Counted from the first letter of the stretch, positions 19,916 through 29,672 are shown. The stretch: DNA of 64,000 nt from Sumerlaeia bacterium (GCA_040219255.1 JAVJSW010000059.1:1-64000), one strand, 5' to 3'. Numbers and translations: made by a program. The notes: generated from the letters alone by a model not told the origin.

Positions 19916-21945
19916 GGCTGGCCTCCCTGCTCTTTCGCGGTGTTGAGCAGAGCGAAAGCCAGCTCGGCGTTGGTGCTTTCTTCCTCCGGCAGCCCAATGG
20001 CGCGGCGCACGGCGCGCACGGCGTCGGCGGTGGCGGCGTCGTACTCGCCGCTCGGGGTCGATTGTAAATATCCGAGCGACGACAGACGATCCTGCAAGGC
20101 CTCCACATCGGGGCCCATGTCGCCGGGGCGCAGGTCCGCCAGCCCTTCCAGGTCGCGGAAGAGGCCGCTGAGACCGGCGAGGTGCGCTTCCAGCTCTTCG
20201 CGCGGCACCCGCACCCGGCCGTGGCGCGGGTCCGCCAGCACCGCTTCGCCCCCTTCCAATTCTTCGAGCACCGCCCACGGCCCAAAGCCCGAGGCGTCCA
20301 TATCGGCTTGAACCAGGAGCGGCAGGTGGCGCTGCTCGACAAAATCCAGCACGGCGGGCAGCCGCGCCTGGCGCAGGAACAGCGGCGGCTCGCCAGCCAA
20401 CTGCATCGGCGGCGAGTTCATGGTGCGCATCCCAGCCAGTTGCTCCTCTGTGAGGCGGTAGCCATGCCGGGCCAGCCAGGTCAGGACGCTGGCGGCGAAG
20501 GCCCCCGCCGGCTTCTCGACCCGCAGGATGCCGTCGCGGTAAACCCAGTCCGTGGGGGCGGCGGGCGTCGCGGCGGGGGTGGGGCTGGGCTCGGCAAGGG
20601 AGGCGGCGGCCAATGGCGCCGTGGCCGATTCGTCGTCCGGAACGGCCTGGGCCAAGGCCTCTGTCGTGGCATCGTCAATGGAGGGGGCAGCCTCCGCGAT
20701 GGCGGCCGGAAGCTGAGGCTCGGGCGCCGGCTCAGGCGTGGAAATCGGCGTCGCGGTGGGTTCGGGGGTTGCCGTTGCCGTCGGTTCCGGCGCGGGGGTC
20801 GGCGTTGGGGTGGCCGTGGCCTGCGCCAATTCCATCACGGCGCCGGGCGGGGGCTGCACCGCCGGGGCGCCGAGGCTTCCGAGGTCGTTCGCCAGAGGTT
20901 CGCTGTCCTTCGCGCCCAAGCCCCCGCCGCCCGCGTAGATCGCCAGCGCCACCAGCCCAAAGCCCAGCAGCATCGCCGCCGCCATCCAGCCGCCGGAGCC
21001 GCCACGGCGCTCGCTTGGCGCCGCTGCGGGCTGGGAATCTGCCACCGCCGCCGCCATCACAGGGACGTCCACCGCGCTCTGGCTCGCCAGGGCCTGCGCC
21101 GCCGCGGCTGCCTTGGGAGCATGCCGCCGCCGGCCCGCCACTTCCTCCACGGCTTTCTTCGCGATGGCCTCGCTCACCTCCAGCGTATCGCGCGAAAACG
21201 CGATCAGCAGCGCCCGGTCGCACACCACGTTGATTTTGCGCGGCACGCCGCCGCTGTGGGCATAGATCGCCTTCAGCGCCTTCTTGTGGAATTTCGGCCG
21301 GCGGTCGGGATTCGCCACCGCCACGCGATGAGCGATGTATTCGTCCACCTCGCCGAAGTCCAGCGGATCGATGTGGCAGCGGACCATGATGCGCTGATTG
21401 AGCTGCTCCAGCTCCGGCAGGTGCAGCACATCGTCCAGCTCGGGCTGGCCCACCAGAGCGATCTGGATCAGCTTCGTGTCTTCCGTCTCCAGGTTTGAAA
21501 TCAGCCGCACCTGCTCCAGCGCCGCGGGCGAGAGCCGCTGGCTCTCGTCGATCACCAGCACCGCGTTGTGGCCGGCGGCGTACTGCTCGAGCAGGAAGGC
21601 GTTCAGCGCCCCGAGCAGTTCGCGGCGCGACGCCGAGGCGTGCTCGATGCCGTACTCCGCGTTGATCGCCTGCAACAGCTCCACATCGTCGAGTTGCGGG
21701 TTCAGAATGAGCGCCAGCTTGATCGTCTCGCGGTCGAGCTGGCGGAGCAACTGGCGGCAGATCGTCGTCTTTCCGCTGCCGATTTCGCCGGTCAGGGCGA
21801 TGAACCCTTTGCGCTGCTCGATGCCATAGAGCAGCGCGGCGAGGGCTTCCTTGTGCCGCTGGGACAGATAGAGGAAGCGGGGGTTCGGCGTGATGGTGAA
21901 TGGCTCTTCGTCAAAGCCAAAGTGATCCAAGTACATGGGGGACAA
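19912..21945 (-). CDS. exeA: ExeA/GspA family AAA ATPase with C-terminal peptidoglycan-binding domain
   Basis: 'MYLDHFGFDEEPFTITPNPRFLY'; 'GEIGSGKT'; 'IDESQ'; 'GGVPRKINVVCDRALL'; 'LRPGDMGPDVEALQDRL'. Confidence 0.92.
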   Translation of the reverse strand: MSPMYLDHFGFDEEPFTITPNPRFLYLSQRHKEALAALLYGIEQRKGFIALTGEIGSGKTTICRQLLRQLDRETIKLALILNPQLDDVELLQAINAEYGIEHASASRRELLGALNAFLLEQYAAGHNAVLVIDESQRLSPAALEQVRLISNLETEDTKLIQIALVGQPELDDVLHLPELEQLNQRIMVRCHIDPLDFGEVDEYIAHRVAVANPDRRPKFHKKALKAIYAHSGGVPRKINVVCDRALLIAFSRDTLEVSEAIAKKAVEEVAGRRRHAPKAAAAAQALASQSAVDVPVMAAAVADSQPAAAPSERRGGSGGWMAAAMLLGFGLVALAIYAGGGGLGAKDSEPLANDLGSLGAPAVQPPPGAVMELAQATATPTPTPAPEPTATATPEPTATPISTPEPAPEPQLPAAIAEAAPSIDDATTEALAQAVPDDESATAPLAAASLAEPSPTPAATPAAPTDWVYRDGILRVEKPAGAFAASVLTWLARHGYRLTEEQLAGMRTMNSPPMQLAGEPPLFLRQARLPAVLDFVEQRHLPLLVQADMDASGFGPWAVLEELEGGEAVLADPRHGRVRVPREELEAHLAGLSGLFRDLEGLADLRPGDMGPDVEALQDRLSSLGYLQSTPSGEYDAATADAVRAVRRAIGLPEEESTNAELAFALLNTAKEQGGQP

Positions 21946-22105
21946 TTCAGAGCGGCAGGCGCGAGCCTCGCCGGAAACGTTTCGACATCTTCACGCTGAG
22001 GAGCCCAGCGCAAGCCCGTCAATGGGGGAATGCGCTGGCGGGACGTCTCGATCCGGGACGGCGAGAACGGGCGGCAAGGTGTTCGGCGGAGCCACGCGGC
22101 GGCGC

Positions 22106-22143
22106 AAAGAAAAGACGCCCCGCGACGAATCGCGAGGCGTCTT
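22106..22143 (-). terminator. intrinsic terminator
   Basis: minus strand aagacgcctcgcga-TTCG-tcgcggggcgtctt followed by ttcttt. Confidence 0.85.
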
Positions 22144-22310
22144 GACCTCCTGAGAGGCAGCCCCCTGTTCCCACCCTGCTCCGATGGAAACTTTGTCTAA
22201 TGAAGAGATCGCTTCCGTCCCCTGATGGTTTGCTGCGAAAGCACAGCTTTTGGCGGTTCGACCTCTTCGCTCGCCATCCCGGGATTCCCGCGTTGGCTCG
22301 CAAGCGATGA
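22141..22310 (-). ncRNA. unassigned structured RNA (6S-like rod or leader of exeA)
   Basis: nested stems gaagaggtcg/cgatctcttc and ccgggatgg/ccatcgg, hairpin cctc-tcag-gagg; no credible ORF; ends in a terminator. Confidence 0.4.
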
Positions 22311-22397
22311 CACAGCACACACCGTTCCAATTCTTCGGCGACAAAGAAAACCGTGGCTTTTCCGGTTCCTCTTCAGCTTCAGCGGCGAAGCGAAACC

Positions 22398-23207
22398 TCA
22401 GCCGCCACAGGGCTCTTTGCCCAAAACATCCACCATGGCGGCGTGAATGCGCCCGTTGCTGGCCACCAGCCGGGGGATGAAGGGATCGAACGATTCGTTC
22501 TCGAAATTACTCATTCGGCCCCCCGCTTCCTCCACCAGCAATGCACCGGCGCAACAGTCCCAGGGCTTCAAATTGAGTTCGTAAAAGCCATCGAGGTGCC
22601 CCGCCGCGACATTGGCCAGGTCCAGCGCCGCGCTGCCGAGCCGCACCACACCCTGCGTCTTCAGGAGAAACCGCCCGTAGGTCCCCATCAGCCAGTCGAT
22701 GTGGCGGTCGCGGTCATAGGGAAACCCCGTCACCAGCAGCGAATCCTCCAGCGTGTCGACCTTGGAGACGCCGATCCGCTGGCCATTGCGGGTCGCGCCC
22801 AGGCCCCGCCCGGCCAGATACATCTCGCCCAGCGCCGGGGCGAAAATCCCGCCCGCCACCGTCTCGCCATCCCGCTGCACGCCGACGCTGACGCTGAACA
22901 GCGGCAGGCCGTGGGCGAAGTTCGTCGTGCCATCCAGCGGATCGACGATCCACAGCCGCCCGCCGGCCGAGGCTTCGGCCCCGATCTCGCCCCCCTCCTC
23001 CGCCAGGATGCGGTCCTGGGGAAAACGGTGGCGGATGGCGGACGCAACGGCCGCCTCGGCCGCTTCGTCCGCCTCCGTCACCAAATCCTTCGCGCCCTTC
23101 TTTTCGTATTTGTCCAGCTTGCGCCAGTGCGCCAGATGGCAATCGCCAGCCAGTTCGCACAGGCGTGCGATGAAATCGAGCAGATCGCTTGGAGTGGTTT
23201 CGGACAT
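22398..23207 (-). CDS. suhB: inositol monophosphatase family protein
   Basis: 'DLVTEAD'; 'WIVDPLDGTTNFAHG'; 'GSAALDL'; 'PWDCCAG'. Confidence 0.93.
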   Translation of the reverse strand: MSETTPSDLLDFIARLCELAGDCHLAHWRKLDKYEKKGAKDLVTEADEAAEAAVASAIRHRFPQDRILAEEGGEIGAEASAGGRLWIVDPLDGTTNFAHGLPLFSVSVGVQRDGETVAGGIFAPALGEMYLAGRGLGATRNGQRIGVSKVDTLEDSLLVTGFPYDRDRHIDWLMGTYGRFLLKTQGVVRLGSAALDLANVAAGHLDGFYELNLKPWDCCAGALLVEEAGGRMSNFENESFDPFIPRLVASNGRIHAAMVDVLGKEPCGG

Positions 23208-23265
23208 GGCGGAACGGAGGAGGCCTTCAACCGGAGTGGCATTGGCGCCGACCCTCCACCGCGGC

Positions 23266-23745
23266 TTAGGGAGCCGTCAACGTCACTCCGAATTGCGCGA
23301 GGTGATGCTGCGTGTGGCGACCGTGAATCTTCGACCAGTAAGTCAGCGGCATGAGGCCGAAAATGGGATTGAGGGTTATTCGAGCCGGGTCCTTGTCGAG
23401 GGCCGAAAGGAAGCGCTCCATCGCCTCGAAGAGCCGTTCCCGCTCCGCCTGAACATCACCATCGGCGGCGGGGGTGAAATAGTCCGGCGCCTTGATCTTG
23501 CCTCGGGGGATGGGCATGACTTCGAACGCCATCCACCGCATCAGCGGAAGGCGGGTCACGAAGTTGCTTGTGTCCGTCACACCATCGACTTCTTCGAGGC
23601 TCACTTCGATGCTCCGGCTGAGATGGCGAAGCATCCCAGCCGGATCGAGGGTTCCAAAGCGGCGTTGGCTGTCGGGGTGGATTTGTTCCAGAGGAGCGGA
23701 AAAAAGAGACAAGGTGTCGCGCCGGAGAGGCACTGCCTTTGCCAT
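23266..23745 (-). CDS. DUF1569 / DinB-like protein
   Basis: 'RFGTLD...ML.HL'; 'NPIFG.M....W......H..HHL.QFG'. Confidence 0.75.
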   Translation of the reverse strand: MAKAVPLRRDTLSLFSAPLEQIHPDSQRRFGTLDPAGMLRHLSRSIEVSLEEVDGVTDTSNFVTRLPLMRWMAFEVMPIPRGKIKAPDYFTPAADGDVQAERERLFEAMERFLSALDKDPARITLNPIFGLMPLTYWSKIHGRHTQHHLAQFGVTLTAP

Positions 23746-23778
23746 GGTTATGTGTCCTAAGTGCAAGTTCGAGAAGGA

Positions 23779-24606
23779 TCAACCCAGCCGGGCTTTCTCC
23801 AGCTCTTCCTTGCACTTGACGCAAAGTTTGGCCCACGGCTTGGCGTGCAGCCGGCCCATCGGAATCCAATGGCCGCACCGGATGCAAATGCCATAGGTGC
23901 CGCGATCCATGCGTTCCAGCGCCTCCAGCACCAGCACAAGAAGTTCCTCGTGCTCGCGCCGCTGACGCAGAAGCGTCTCCAGAGAGGCGCTGTCCGAGGC
24001 CGCGTCCGCCTGATGGTTCGAGAAGGAGCGATTGCCAGAACGTTCCTCCTCGTTCATCGAGTCGACGAAGGCGATGTGGCGGCGCAGCGATTCCCGCTTG
24101 GAAACCAGCATGTCGCGCAGTTCGGCGATCTCCGACTTTTTGTAGGGACACTTGCTGCGCTTGGCGGCATCCTGGGCTTGGGCCGCCGCCGCACGAGCCG
24201 CCATGGCGCGCGCCGCCGCGGCGGAAAGCGCCGGAGCCGCCGCGGCGGCCGCTTTCTTCGAGGTGGCGGAACTCCGCTTCTTCGCCGGAGCGCCCGCCTC
24301 CTCACCGGTCTCCGCCCGTTTTTTCAGGATCTTGGCCAACAAGGCCTTTTTCGAGTCCGCGCTTTTCGCCGGCTTGGCGGACGTGTCGGCGGATGCGGAC
24401 CGGGTTTTCGATTTGGCCTTGGCCTTGGCCACGGCTTTCAGGGCGACGCTGCCGGACTTCTTCGTTTTCGAAGAAGCCGCTTCCTCCGCCTTGGCGGAGG
24501 TCTTGGCGCGGGCCGCGGGTTTTTCTTCGCCGCCGCCGGCCGGTTTCTTCGTCACCTTCTTGGCTGTGCTCGTGGTCTTCGTGATTCGCGTTCGGGGGGT
24601 GCTCAC
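23779..24606 (-). CDS. DksA/TraR C4 zinc-finger protein with Lys/Ala-rich N-terminal extension
   Basis: 'ALERMDRGTYGICIRCG..I...RL.A.PWAKLCVKCK'; GTG start with GAGGAG RBS, overlapping the ileS stop. Confidence 0.85.
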   Translation of the reverse strand: MSTPRTRITKTTSTAKKVTKKPAGGGEEKPAARAKTSAKAEEAASSKTKKSGSVALKAVAKAKAKSKTRSASADTSAKPAKSADSKKALLAKILKKRAETGEEAGAPAKKRSSATSKKAAAAAAPALSAAAARAMAARAAAAQAQDAAKRSKCPYKKSEIAELRDMLVSKRESLRRHIAFVDSMNEEERSGNRSFSNHQADAASDSASLETLLRQRREHEELLVLVLEALERMDRGTYGICIRCGHWIPMGRLHAKPWAKLCVKCKEELEKARLG

Positions 24607-27455
24607 TCGGCGATACTCCTCACAACAGATGCGCAGCGCGGGCAAAGGCTCGGGTGCTCGTGATCGCTTCCCACTTCAGGAGTCCAAGTCCAGCAACGCT
24701 CGCACTTGGCCCCTTCCGCATGATCGATCCGGATCGAGAGCTTCAGCCCCGCGCTTTCGAGGGCTTCGTTGGTGTCTCCACTCTCCTCCGCCTTCACGTC
24801 TACTTGAGAAACGATGAAGACACGCGGCAGAAGATGGGAGACCCCGGCAAGAAACGCAAGTGTTTCTTGATTTTTGGTGGCGAGCGTGACGCGCGCCTCC
24901 AGCGAGTTGCCGATGGTTTTGTCCCGGCGCAGCGGTTCGATGGCCTTTTGGACCTCGGAACGCAGTTCGAGAAGCCGCCGCCAGTCGGCCAGCAGCTTCT
25001 CCGATTCATGATCCCACGCCTCGAACGGACGCGGGAAATCCGCCAGGTGGACGCTTTCCAGCGCCTCACCACCGGCGGGCTTTGGCAAATAGTCCCAGGC
25101 CTCGTGGGCCGTGAAGGGCAACAAGGGAGCAATGATTTTCAGAAGACGGGATGCGATCGCGTGGATCGTGGCTTGGCAGGCGCGCCGCGCCGGATCGTCC
25201 GGAGCCCCGCAGTACATGCGGTCCTTCGCGCAATCCAGGTAAACGCCGCTCAGGTCGTTCACGCAAAATGCGTTCACCAAATGGTAAACCCGGTGGAATT
25301 CATAGGCGTCGTAGGCCGCCGTGGCCTTGCGCACCAGTTCGTTCGTCCGCGCCAGGATCCAGCGGTCGTCCTCCAGGAACGTGGCGCTCTCGGCCTCCGC
25401 GTCGGGGTGCTCGCCGATGCGGTAGTCGTCCAGATTACCCAGCAGGAAGCGGATCGTGTTGCGCACGCGGCGGTACACTTCGCTGACCTGCTTAAGGATG
25501 TTGTCGCTTACCGTCAGATCGCCGCGGTAATCTTCGCTCGCGACCCAGAGGCGCAGCACGTCCGCGCCGCTCTGCTCGATGACCTTCAGAGGAGCCACCA
25601 CGTTGCCGACGCTCTTGGACATCTTCACGCCCTTCTCGGCGAGGATGAACCCGTGCGTCAGGACCGCCTTGTAGGGCGCTGTTCCTTTGACGCCCATCGC
25701 CACCCACAAACTGCTCTGGAACCAGCCGCGATGCTGATCGCTGCCTTCCAGGTACAGGTCCGCCGGCCAGCGCAGATTCGCCCTCGCGTCCAGCACACCG
25801 AGATGGCTGGCGCCGCTGTCGAACCACACGTCCAGGACGTTCGATTCCTTGGTGTAGCGGCCCGGTTCTTTCTCCATCGTGTCTGGCACGAAATCCTCGG
25901 CCGGGCGCGTGAACCAGCAATCGGTGCCTTCCGTCGCCACGTAGGAAACGAACTTCTCCACGATTTCGCGCGACAGGACGCTCTCGCCGGTCTTCGTGTC
26001 GAAAAGCGACGGGATCGGCACGCCCCAGGCGCGCTGGCGCGACAGGCACCAATCCGGCCGCCCCGCCACCATGTTGTAGATGCGGTCGCGGCCCCACTTC
26101 GGGATCCACTCGACCTTATCGACTTCGGCGAGAGCCTTCTCGCGCAGGCCGTCTTTCTCCACCGCCATGAACCACTGTTCCGTGGCGCGCATGATGACCG
26201 GCTGCTTGCTGCGCCAGGAATAGGCGTAGCTGTGTTCGTAGGTGCCGGTCCAGATCAGGGTGCCTTCCGCGCGGAACTTCTCGATCAGCCGCTTGTTCGC
26301 GTCGAAGACCGACACGCCCTGCATTTCCGGATAGAGCGCCGTGTAGCGCCCCGCGCCATCGACCGGGTTGAAGACTTCCAGGCCGTATTCCTTGCCGATT
26401 TCAAAGTCCTCGACGCCGTGCGCCGGCGCCGTGTGGACGCAGCCCGTGCCCTGTTCGAGGGTCACGTGCTCGCCCAGCATCAGCAGCGACGGCTTCTCCG
26501 GGAACACCGGATGATGGGCGCGCTTGCGATCCAGGATTTCCGCGTTGAAGCGGCCGACCACTTCGCCGTCTTCCAGGCCCGTGGTCAGCTTGAACGCCGT
26601 CAGCAGGCCCTCCGCGATCAGCAGCGTTTCCTCATCCCCGCGGCGGTACATCACGTAGTCGAACTCGCGCGAGAGGCTGACGCCCATGTTCGCCGGCATC
26701 GTCCAGGGCGTCGTGGTCCAGATGACGATGGTCGGCTTCGGCAGACCCTTCAGCTCCTCCGGAACGTCCTCCGCATAGAGAGGGAAGCGCAGGTAGATCT
26801 GGGGCGAGACGTGGTTGTCGTTGTATTCGAGTTCGGCCTCGGCCAGCGCCGTTTCGTACACTGTGTCCCAGTGCACGGGCTTGAAGCCCTTGTAGATGTA
26901 GCCCTTGCCGACCAGCTCCGCGAAGCCCTGAAGGATCGCGACCTCGTACTCCGGGTCCATGGTGATGTAGGGATGCTCCCAGTCGCCGCCGATGCCGAGG
27001 CGCTGGAATTGGGTGCGCTGGGTGCCGACCCACTGGCGGGCCTCCTCGGCGCACAGGCGGCGGATTTCCAGGGGCTCCTTGCCCTCCAGCTGCTTCTTCT
27101 TGCGCAGGCGGTCGAGGACCTTCTGCTCGATCGGCAGGCCGTGGCAGTCCCAGCCGGGGACGTAGTCGGTCTTGAAACCGGCCATGGTCTTGTAGCGGAC
27201 CACGAAGTCCTTGAGGACTTTGTTCAGGGCGTGGCCGATGTGGATGTCGCCGTTGGCGTAGGGCGGGCCATCGTGCAGCACGTAATCGGGTGCGCCGGCG
27301 CGGCGGGCGGCGATCTTCTCGGACAGGCCCATGGCCTGCCACTCGTCGAGGATCGTGGGCTCTTTCTGGGCCAGACCCGCGCGCTGCGGGAAGTCCGTCT
27401 TCGGAGTGAGGACGGTTTTCTTGTAATCGGGGGCTGTGGTTTCTTGAGTCGTCAT
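24603..27455 (-). CDS. ileS: isoleucine--tRNA ligase
   Basis: 'HDGPPYANGDIHIGH'; 'GWDCHGLPIE'; 'KMSKS'; C-terminal 'KCERCW...CPRC'. Confidence 0.98.
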   Translation of the reverse strand: MTTQETTAPDYKKTVLTPKTDFPQRAGLAQKEPTILDEWQAMGLSEKIAARRAGAPDYVLHDGPPYANGDIHIGHALNKVLKDFVVRYKTMAGFKTDYVPGWDCHGLPIEQKVLDRLRKKKQLEGKEPLEIRRLCAEEARQWVGTQRTQFQRLGIGGDWEHPYITMDPEYEVAILQGFAELVGKGYIYKGFKPVHWDTVYETALAEAELEYNDNHVSPQIYLRFPLYAEDVPEELKGLPKPTIVIWTTTPWTMPANMGVSLSREFDYVMYRRGDEETLLIAEGLLTAFKLTTGLEDGEVVGRFNAEILDRKRAHHPVFPEKPSLLMLGEHVTLEQGTGCVHTAPAHGVEDFEIGKEYGLEVFNPVDGAGRYTALYPEMQGVSVFDANKRLIEKFRAEGTLIWTGTYEHSYAYSWRSKQPVIMRATEQWFMAVEKDGLREKALAEVDKVEWIPKWGRDRIYNMVAGRPDWCLSRQRAWGVPIPSLFDTKTGESVLSREIVEKFVSYVATEGTDCWFTRPAEDFVPDTMEKEPGRYTKESNVLDVWFDSGASHLGVLDARANLRWPADLYLEGSDQHRGWFQSSLWVAMGVKGTAPYKAVLTHGFILAEKGVKMSKSVGNVVAPLKVIEQSGADVLRLWVASEDYRGDLTVSDNILKQVSEVYRRVRNTIRFLLGNLDDYRIGEHPDAEAESATFLEDDRWILARTNELVRKATAAYDAYEFHRVYHLVNAFCVNDLSGVYLDCAKDRMYCGAPDDPARRACQATIHAIASRLLKIIAPLLPFTAHEAWDYLPKPAGGEALESVHLADFPRPFEAWDHESEKLLADWRRLLELRSEVQKAIEPLRRDKTIGNSLEARVTLATKNQETLAFLAGVSHLLPRVFIVSQVDVKAEESGDTNEALESAGLKLSIRIDHAEGAKCERCWTWTPEVGSDHEHPSLCPRCASVVRSIAE

Positions 27456-27612
27456 GCGTCGGTGAGCCTATTTTGCACGGGCGAAGGGTTGAGGTTTAGG
27501 GTCCGGCTGCTAAATTGACAACCGAATAATTCGCTCAATCCCTCCGATTCCTCGGCTTTTGGAGCGCTCAGCTCGTGTGTTCGGAAACAGGTGCGTCATG
27601 ACCTCGGGGTTC

Positions 27613-27903
27613 TCAGGTGGATTTGTGTTCGGCTTCCAACTCGGCCAAAACTTGGGGAAGAGCCTTTTCCAGCTCCTCATGAAACTTCTCGTCGCGCTCG
27701 CGGACATCGGCCCACGTCTCGCTGAAATGCACGGCCCGTTTGGCTTCGCCGAGGGAAACGACGTAGCGGCGGGACAGTTCAACGATCGAGCGGCCCTTGC
27801 CCATTCCCTGAACTCGCCAGGATTGCAGGAGGACTTCCAGTTGCGCTCCTTGTGGAGAGGGTCCGTTCGTGTCCCGGTTTGGATCGCGCTTGATGATTTT
27901 CAT
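27613..27903 (-). CDS. small hypothetical protein
   Basis: ATG with GGAG RBS, 2 bp after the upstream stop; 96 aa. Confidence 0.6.
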   Translation of the reverse strand: MKIIKRDPNRDTNGPSPQGAQLEVLLQSWRVQGMGKGRSIVELSRRYVVSLGEAKRAVHFSETWADVRERDEKFHEELEKALPQVLAELEAEHKST

Positions 27904-27905
27904 GG

Positions 27906-28223
27906 TCAGTCTCCTTCTGGACCTTCCAGGGGGATCGTCTCGTTGAGAAATCGGCCAGGGTTGGCGCCAGCGATGCGGTTCGCTGAAAGTCTCAATTCCC
28001 GAAATCCCCACTCCCACAGGTCCACACGAAATTGGCGCATTATTCTAAGCAACGGCCGCACCCCCACGTCAACAACTTCACCCGCTTCACCATACACTAG
28101 CAGTTCCAGGTGGATGAACTTTCCCCGGATTTCCAGCACCTTGGCGTAGAAGTTGACGGGTCCCGCCAAGGTCTCCACCGAGAGTTCTACGTATTCTCCA
28201 ACTTCGAAAGGATGCTCCGTCAT
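27906..28223 (-). CDS. hypothetical protein, NusG-KOW-like beta-barrel
   Basis: 'FEVGEYVEL...AGPVNFYAKVLEI....IHLELLVYG' resembles the NusG C-terminal domain; starts 4 bp after the PNP stop. Confidence 0.6.
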   Translation of the reverse strand: MTEHPFEVGEYVELSVETLAGPVNFYAKVLEIRGKFIHLELLVYGEAGEVVDVGVRPLLRIMRQFRVDLWEWGFRELRLSANRIAGANPGRFLNETIPLEGPEGD

Positions 28224-28227
28224 CGCC

Positions 28228-29046
28228 TCACAACCCCGCGATCACCCCCCGCACGATCGCCTGGCGGTCCGCTTCGCGGCTCATGGCAACCTCGATGATC
28301 TCGGAGACATCCACCGGTTTCAGCGCTTCCGGATAGCACTCGTCCGTAATCGTCGACAGAGCCATCACCTTCAGGCCCGTATGCACCGCCACGATGTTTT
28401 CCGGAATCGTGGACATCGTCACGATGTCGGCGCCGATGCGTTGGAACATGCGGTACTCGGCCCGCGTCTCCAGGTTCGGGCCTGTCACGGCCACGGCCAC
28501 GCCCCGCTCCACGCGAATCTTGTTCTCCAGCGCCACCGCCTCCGCCTTCGCCACCAGGTCCAGATTGTAAGGCTCGCTCATGTCCGGGAAGCGTGACCCG
28601 AGGCGTTCGTCGTTCGGCCCGATCAGTGGATTGTCGCCCATCAGGTTGATGTGATCCGTCACCAGCATCAGCGACCCGCGCTTGATCAGCGGGTTCACGC
28701 TGCCCACGGCGTTCATGATGATCAGCGTCTCCACGCCCAGCGCCTTCATCACCCGCACCGGAAAGGTCACCTGCTGCAGGCTGTAGCCCTCGTAGCGGTG
28801 GAAACGGCCCTGCATCACCACGGCCTGCTTGCCGGACAGTTTGCCGCAGCACAGGAAGCCATGGTGGCTCTCGACGGTCGAGACCGGAAAGTGGGGGATG
28901 TCGCCGTAGGGGATCTTGACCAGCCCCTCGGGCGCGTCGCCCAGCGCTCCCATGCCCGTCCCGCAGATCACGCCGACGGTCGGGCTGGCGCTCACTTTGC
29001 CCTGGATAAAGGCGGCGGCTTTCTGGATCTGATCGTAAAGGCTCAT
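28228..29046 (-). CDS. punA: purine-nucleoside phosphorylase (trimeric type)
   Basis: 'IPHFPVSTVESH'; 'QGRFHRYEG'; 'DHINLMG.NPLIG'; 'GPNLETRAE'; 'MSTIPE'. Confidence 0.93.
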   Translation of the reverse strand: MSLYDQIQKAAAFIQGKVSASPTVGVICGTGMGALGDAPEGLVKIPYGDIPHFPVSTVESHHGFLCCGKLSGKQAVVMQGRFHRYEGYSLQQVTFPVRVMKALGVETLIIMNAVGSVNPLIKRGSLMLVTDHINLMGDNPLIGPNDERLGSRFPDMSEPYNLDLVAKAEAVALENKIRVERGVAVAVTGPNLETRAEYRMFQRIGADIVTMSTIPENIVAVHTGLKVMALSTITDECYPEALKPVDVSEIIEVAMSREADRQAIVRGVIAGL

Positions 29047-29387
29047 GGGTTGACTTTCTGTTCGTTGTGGGATTCCGGTGTTGGGCCGAGGGGTACATTG
29101 AGGCCCCCCAGCCGGGAACGCAACACGTCTGGGGCCAATGGCGTCACGCTGACGGTTTTTTCACGAGATTTCTCGCCCCGATCAATAATCACCGAAGATT
29201 TCGAGACTCCGAAGAAATCGGCCAGGAACGCGACAAGCGCGGCGTTGGCTTTGCCATCGACGGCCGGAGCGGTCAGCGCGATTTTCAGCCGCTCCCCATG
29301 CAAACCCACGATGGAGGTCCGCTTGGCGTTGGGCTGGACCTTAACGCCAAAGCGGCATCCCGCGTCGGTTTCAGTCCAATCCAGCAT
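29043..29387 (-). CDS. DUF167 (YggU) family protein
   Basis: 'VKVQPNA'; 'APAVDGKANAAL'; 'G.KSREK'. Confidence 0.9.
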   Translation of the reverse strand: MLDWTETDAGCRFGVKVQPNAKRTSIVGLHGERLKIALTAPAVDGKANAALVAFLADFFGVSKSSVIIDRGEKSREKTVSVTPLAPDVLRSRLGGLNVPLGPTPESHNEQKVNP

Positions 29388-29672
29388 CGCCAGCGCCTCC
29401 TGTCGGAAATCTCAGGGGTTCCTCGCGCGAGGCGCAAAGATGGGAGGGGCCGGTGGCATGTCAAGGAGAATAGGGAAAAATCGCCCGGTCCCTGTCCGCC
29501 CCGTCGCCGAGCCCGATCGCGCGGAGCGATACGCCGCTTCAAGCAATTCCAGTCAGGCGGATGGTGGGCAGCGAGGAAGGCAAGTCTTTGCGAGACACTC
29601 ATTGTTTGCCTTGCGCTGCCCAGCTCCTCTCTTTACATCACTACTGAAACTATTTTTGCCGGGAGACCTTTC

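Noticed and set aside
22200-22250. c-di-GMP-I riboswitch (GCAAACC...GGACGGAAGC on the minus strand), or glycine/TPP riboswitch fragments nearby
   Set aside because: No P2 GNRA hairpin or P3 for c-di-GMP-I, and only isolated words for the others; kept as an unassigned RNA.
24654-27518. 954-aa plus-strand ORF, and similar long antisense ORFs (12274-14925, 56077-57918, 60363-62735, 62805-63923)
   Set aside because: Stop-poor shadows of real high-GC genes; no motifs recognised.
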